Source of the DNA: the human T2T-CHM13v2.0 reference genome, Homo sapiens
Direction: 5' to 3' (one strand)
DNA length: 64,000 bases
Assembly (NCBI RefSeq): GCF_009914755.1
Contig: NC_060944.1
Below, piece after piece: positions 60,401-64,000 of the stretch (within the stretch, counting starts at the first letter, position 1; the number at the start of each line of letters is the position of its first letter). The position numbers were made by a program, and so were the translations under genes. Under the pieces are notes generated by a model. It worked only from the letters and a program-made list of their open reading frames with translations, did not search any database and was not told where the DNA came from.

Positions 60401-62773
60401 GCACCCAGCCTCTCAGGCCACAGCTGGTCCCTGGACATGTGCCCCATGTCACCTCCCACCACCTGGCCCCCACCATCTCTCCTGGGCTTGCTGGGAACAG
60501 TCAGCAGCCACAGGGGTCCCTCAGAAACTGGGTGAGGCACATCGTCCTCTGCTCCAAGCCTCTCAGGGTGGGAGCCCTGGTCCTCACCGCCCAAGGTCTT
60601 GCCAGCCCCTTGGTTCCAGCCACGCTGACCACTGTGCCCTCCTGGGTGCCCTTCCTGCAGGGTGTGCCCCAATCCCCCCCAAGGCCTACAGCCCTCCCAC
60701 CTATACCTCCATTTCTACCCAAAGCACTTCCAAGCTTGCCAGGCTCCCGACGGCTGGGGCTGTCTGTGCTATCTGCAGCCCTGGCACCTCCCTGGTAGGC
60801 TTTCTGTGTCTGGCCCCAGCTGCCCACTGTGGGGGTCTCTTCCACAGCACAGTGAGTGCTCACCAACCACATGTGGCCAGCGCCACTGTCACAGAGCCTC
60901 ATGGTCGGCCGGCTGCGAGAGCCGGGCCCAGGCTCCGCATACCTGTGTCCATGGCAAGCATGGCCTGCGCCGCCTGGATGTGCGCCTCCAGCTGGTCCTT
61001 CTTGGCCCGGACATCTCGGAGCTGGGTCCTGGCACCCTGGAGGGCAGCCCACACTGCGGGGGAGGCAGCTTCAGCTCCCAGGCAGCTTCACCCCCAGTAT
61101 ACAATTGCAGCCCACCTCCACCCTTCTGACCCCAGGAGGACCAAGGCTGACACACAGCAGACAGATGGACAGGGACACTCAGACATGGAGTCCCTTAGCC
61201 TGTGGGGAGGTGTTGAGTCTCAGCGTGGCCTCTGTTCCCTGAAGGCCTCTGGTCCCACTGCAGGCATAGCTGTCCCCATTGTACAGATGAAACAATAGAG
61301 GCTCAGAAGAGACAGCCCTCTGGTCCTAGCAGCTCACACCTTTCTCATTGCGCAGCTTGGCACGCGTGTAGCCCTCGGGTCAGCAGAGCAGAGGCCACGT
61401 ATCTCTTGCCCTGTGCCCTGTGGCTCAGCTGGTGCCTCAGTGGCAGCCAGTGCCTCGCAGGAGGCTGCTCCTCCCTGGACTCCCCTGCAGGGCTCCCCGG
61501 GGCTGACACACAAGCAGCTGGGGAGCCATCTCCAAAGCTCTCCCACCCCAAACCATGCTGCGGTGACCCACAAACCCCACGTGTGCATGTGGCTGGGGGC
61601 TGAGGGTCCCTGGGAGCTCAGATGCCCAGCAGGCCTAAGGGCCCCCATCGGAGCCCAGCACTCACCAAGGCCCAGCCTCTGCTGTTCCTGGAGCATGGCC
61701 TCTTCTAGTGCAGTGCTGTTGGCCAGGAGCTGCTGGGCTCGGTCCACCAGGCCCTGCCGCACCACCGTCTGTGGATGCCAGGGCAGACCGTGGCTCAGAC
61801 ACGCAGGCCGGGGCTGCGGGAGGTGCAGGCAGTGGGGGCGCTCCTGCTGGGGCTGAGGGGAAGTGAGGGGCCTCACCGCCCACGTGTGGTCCGCCTGCTG
61901 CAGGGCCTGGCCAGCAGCATCCTCGGCAGCCTGCACGGCCTGCAGGATGCGGCTGTAGGCGTTGGAGGCCTCGATGGCCCTCTGGGTGAGGCGGTCCTGG
62001 TTGACGTCCAGGATGATGCTGCAGCGGAAGGGAGGGTCGAAGGAGTGGGTAAGCACAGACGCCCTCGGCCTGGCTCTCCAGCCTCCTGCGCTCACAACCA
62101 GCCGTGCCCGTGCCTGCCCGCCAAGTCCCGCCTCCAGGTCTTTGCCCGTGCCTGTCGCCTGCTGGGTGTACTGCTCCTGTCACTCTGGGCCCCAGCTTGC
62201 CGTGGAGCTGAGGAAGGCCTGGCTTCTTTGAGGACAACGGCCTCAGCCCCTAGGAGCCTTCCCAGACCAGCTGGCCCTCCCAAGGCCCTGTCTGCATCCC
62301 CAGGGTGGGCCCAGGGCCCCTCCTCTCCTGGCCACCCACCTGGACAGATTGAGTGCCAGCTGGCCCAGCTGCTGTGCGTGGGCCTCGGCGGCCTCCACTA
62401 GACGCAGCTTGCTGCCCGCCGGGGAGAAGGTCTGCATCCTCTGCAGCAGTGGGGTCCGAGCCCCGTCCAGGCTGGCGGCGAGGCGCTCCAGCTCCTGGAA
62501 TTTGAGTGGACTTAGCCCCTCATCCTGCTCACAGCCACCTGATCCACGACCCTGAGGGCGGGCTCTGCACGCAAGTGTGCACACAAAGCTGCCCACGGGC
62601 CTGGGAGGGAGTTGGCCGTGGATGGGGTGGTGACAGGGGCCAGGGGCTGCACTCACCTCCTTAGCCTGGTCCAGGCTGTGCAGCAATCTGAAGACGCTGG
62701 CCAGGGTGTCCCTAGCCGCATGCAGAGTGGCCTGCAGGGTGGCATTGTCCCGGGACAGCTCCTGCTTCCTTTG
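54281..62773 (-). CDS. LAMA5: Laminin subunit alpha-5, 3' part (last 27 exons; coiled-coil end + LG1-LG5); the gene continues beyond the window end
   Basis: 27 GT-AG exons, 3849 nt, phases consistent. [10 protein letters not shown]...VKVPMKFNG...[10 protein letters not shown]...[14 protein letters not shown] 54281-54283. Confidence 0.98.
54531..54644. repeat. G-tract cluster (G-quadruplex-prone) in the LAMA5 last intron
   Basis: More than 12 runs of 3 or more G with 1-5 nt linkers. Confidence 0.9.
54708..54827 (-). CDS. LAMA5: LAMA5 exon 79
   Basis: [13 protein letters not shown]...LYLGGLP. Confidence 0.93.
54980..55073 (-). CDS. LAMA5: LAMA5 exon 78
   Basis: [12 protein letters not shown]...[10 protein letters not shown]. 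Confidence 0.93.
55170..55303 (-). CDS. LAMA5: LAMA5 exon 77
   Basis: [16 protein letters not shown]...VTEKQ. Confidence 0.93.
55411..55564 (-). CDS. LAMA5: LAMA5 exon 76
   Basis: [12 protein letters not shown]...GGVITL. Confidence 0.93.
55657..55821 (-). CDS. LAMA5: LAMA5 exon 75
   Basis: VSVRWEKNR...LFVGGLP...SKLP. Confidence 0.93.
55894..56086 (-). CDS. LAMA5: LAMA5 exon 74
   Basis: PSLSMHVLP...PGRWHK. Confidence 0.93.
56154..56299 (-). CDS. LAMA5: LAMA5 exon 73
   Basis: [10 protein letters not shown]...ARHRNW. Confidence 0.93.
56393..56528 (-). CDS. LAMA5: LAMA5 exon 72
   Basis: [10 protein letters not shown]...ATARK. Confidence 0.93.
56606..56776 (-). CDS. LAMA5: LAMA5 exon 71
   Basis: VWLYVDDQ...[12 protein letters not shown]. 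Confidence 0.93.
56912..57042 (-). CDS. LAMA5: LAMA5 exon 70
   Basis: [11 protein letters not shown]...FYSNAT. Confidence 0.92.
57165..57308 (-). CDS. LAMA5: LAMA5 exon 69
   Basis: [12 protein letters not shown]...YYRASP. Confidence 0.93.
57392..57524 (-). CDS. LAMA5: LAMA5 exon 68
   Basis: [17 protein letters not shown]...CTADLL. Confidence 0.93.
57624..57772 (-). CDS. LAMA5: LAMA5 exon 67
   Basis: [12 protein letters not shown]...[13 protein letters not shown]. Confidence 0.93.
57880..58002 (-). CDS. LAMA5: LAMA5 exon 66
   Basis: [11 protein letters not shown]...SASKA. Confidence 0.93.
58080..58242 (-). CDS. LAMA5: LAMA5 exon 65
   Basis: [17 protein letters not shown]...FFLKQQ. Confidence 0.93.
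58319..58452 (-). CDS. LAMA5: LAMA5 exon 64
   Basis: [16 protein letters not shown]...RPCAR. Confidence 0.93.
58641..58794 (-). CDS. LAMA5: LAMA5 exon 63
   Basis: TLQFGHMSV...[11 protein letters not shown]. Confidence 0.93.
58800..59215. repeat. VNTR (~22-28 bp units) filling LAMA5 intron 62
   Basis: gaggggtggcgagtgggcac(gg)agaga(t/c) x ~15. Confidence 0.95.
59299..59435 (-). CDS. LAMA5: LAMA5 exon 62
   Basis: [12 protein letters not shown]...AVSLDR. Confidence 0.93.
59550..59720 (-). CDS. LAMA5: LAMA5 exon 61 (start of LG1)
   Basis: [12 protein letters not shown]...MYMGSRQ. Confidence 0.93.
59794..59942 (-). CDS. LAMA5: LAMA5 exon 60
   Basis: [12 protein letters not shown]...RGAASK. Confidence 0.93.
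60023..60202 (-). CDS. LAMA5: LAMA5 exon 59
   Basis: [14 protein letters not shown]...DAGHS. Confidence 0.93.
60943..61053 (-). CDS. LAMA5: LAMA5 exon 58
   Basis: [15 protein letters not shown]...LAMDT. Confidence 0.93.
61255..61335. mobile_element. MIR fragment
   Basis: cccattgtacagatgaaacaatagaggctcaga matches the MIR core. Confidence 0.55.
61666..61768 (-). CDS. LAMA5: LAMA5 exon 57
   Basis: [13 protein letters not shown]...RLGL. Confidence 0.93.
61877..62018 (-). CDS. LAMA5: LAMA5 exon 56
   Basis: [21 protein letters not shown]...DHTWA. Confidence 0.93.
62340..62494 (-). CDS. LAMA5: LAMA5 exon 55
   Basis: [12 protein letters not shown]...ALNLS. Confidence 0.93.
62657..62773 (-). CDS. 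LAMA5: LAMA5 exon 54
   Basis: [14 protein letters not shown]...DQAKE. Confidence 0.93.
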
Positions 62774-62799
62774 CTGAAGGCAATGCAGGGGAGTTGGGG

Positions 62800-64000
62800 A
62801 CAATGAGGGGTAAGAAAAGAATAAAGGATGTGATGGGGTGGACAGCAGGGCAGGGAAGGGAGAAGAAAAGAGGGGGAGTATGGGGGGTGAGGAGGGGGGA
62901 GGAGGGGAGGGTTAGAACGTGTGAGTATGAGGGAAGGAGGAGGATGGAGGGGTAGAGAGAAAAGTGGGGAAGAAGAGAAAGGAAGGGGGAAGGGGGCAAA
63001 AGGGGGAGGGGACAGGGAGGGGGAGAAGAGGAGGAAAGGATGGGAGGGGGTGAGGAGAGATGGGGAAATGAGAGGAGGAGAAGGGGAAGGAGAGAATAGA
63101 GGAGGTGGGGAAAGGGATGAGGATTGGGGAGGGACAAGGAGGGGGAGGGGGATGATGGGCAGATGGGGAGTGGGGAGGGAGAGGACAGGAGAAGAGGACA
63201 GGAGAAGAGGGAGGAGAGAGGAGAAGGGGAGAGGGGAAGGGGAGAGAGGAGAAGGGGGGAGGGGAAGGGGGGAGGGGAAGGGGGGAGGGGAAGGGGGGAG
63301 GGGAAGGGGGGAGGGGAAGGGGGGAGGGGAAGGGGGGAGGGGAAGGGGGGAGGGGAGATGGGAGGGGAAGGGGGAGAGGGGAGGGGGAGGGGAAGGGGGA
63401 GAGGGGAGGGGGAGGGAAGGGGGAGAGGGGAGGGGGAGGGGAAGGGGGAGGGGGGAGGGGAAGGGGGAGAGGGGAGGGGGAGACGGGGGGGAGGGGAAGG
63501 GGGAGAGGGAGGGGGAGAGGGAGGGGGAGAGGGGAGGGGGAGAGGGGAGGGGGAGGGGGAGAGGGGAGGGGGGAGAGGGGAGGGGGAGAGGGGAGGGGGG
63601 AGGGGAAGGGGAGAGGGGAGGGGGGAGGGGAGAGGGGAGGGGGGAGGGGAGAGGGGAGGGGGAAGGAGGAGGGGAAAGGGGAGGGAGGAGGGAACAGGGG
63701 GAGGGGAAAGGGGGAGGGGGAAGGCGGAGGAGGAGAGGGGGGCAAGGGGTAAGGGGGAGGAGGGGAGGGGGGCAAGGGGGAGGAGGGGAGGGGGGCAAGG
63801 GGGAGGAGGGGAGAGGGAGGGAGGGGGCAAGGGGGAGGAGGGGAGAGGGAGGGAGGGAGGAGGGGAGAGGAGAATGGGGAGGGGGTGAGAGCAGGAAGGA
63901 GAGGGGGAGGGGGAGGGGCAGAGGGGGAGGGGCAGAGCGGGAGAGCAGGGGGGAGGGGGAGGGGGAGAGGAGGAAGGGGAGAGGGGAGAGGGGTAGAGCA
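62800..64000. repeat. More than 1.2-kb polypurine (G/A) low-complexity tract in LAMA5 intron 53
   Basis: Nearly pure G/A on +; purely purine over 63187-63483 and 63485-63694; runs off the window. Confidence 0.95.

Noticed and set aside
55416-60798. Long + strand ORFs opposite LAMA5 (e.g. 55622..56647, 59872..60798)
   Set aside because: Shadow frames of GC-rich coding exons; no splice or domain support.
62653-63888. Long Pro/Ser- or Gly/Glu/Arg-rich ORFs (254-381 aa)
   Set aside because: Artefacts of the polypurine tract, which lacks stop codons; only 62657-62773 is a real exon.

Overview
Human genomic DNA, recognisable as chr20q13.33. It is GC-rich and Alu-dense. Three spliced genes were reconstructed by hand with GT-AG boundaries and frame-consistent phases. 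(1) OSBPL2/ORP2 on +: all 13 coding exons, CDS 1285..38839, 1443 nt = 480 aa, with an N-terminal FFAT motif and the [12 protein letters not shown] signature; the non-coding first exon lies upstream of the window. (2) ADRM1/Rpn13 on +: complete, CpG-island promoter, CDS 48518..53710, 1224 nt = 407 aa. (3) The last 27 exons of LAMA5 on -: CDS 54281..62773, 1282 aa, end of the coiled coil plus LG1-LG5, convergent with ADRM1. About 30 Alus lie in the first 47 kb and none after it, and there are many minisatellites. Almost all supplied ORFs are spurious (Alu, VNTR or GC-rich antisense frames). I see no new protein-coding system. The best leads are non-coding: a 102-bp near-perfect non-Alu inverted repeat with a fold-back hairpin at its breakpoint; a 31-bp-phased array of CCAAT/NF-Y boxes; VNTRs that create very long AG-free zones upstream of 3' splice sites (one candidate poison exon, one in-frame stop-free intron); an in-frame uORF ending 3 nt before the OSBPL2 start; an ARE in the ADRM1 promoter; and a mirtron-like LAMA5 intron. 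Exon numbers follow my recollection of the reference annotation.
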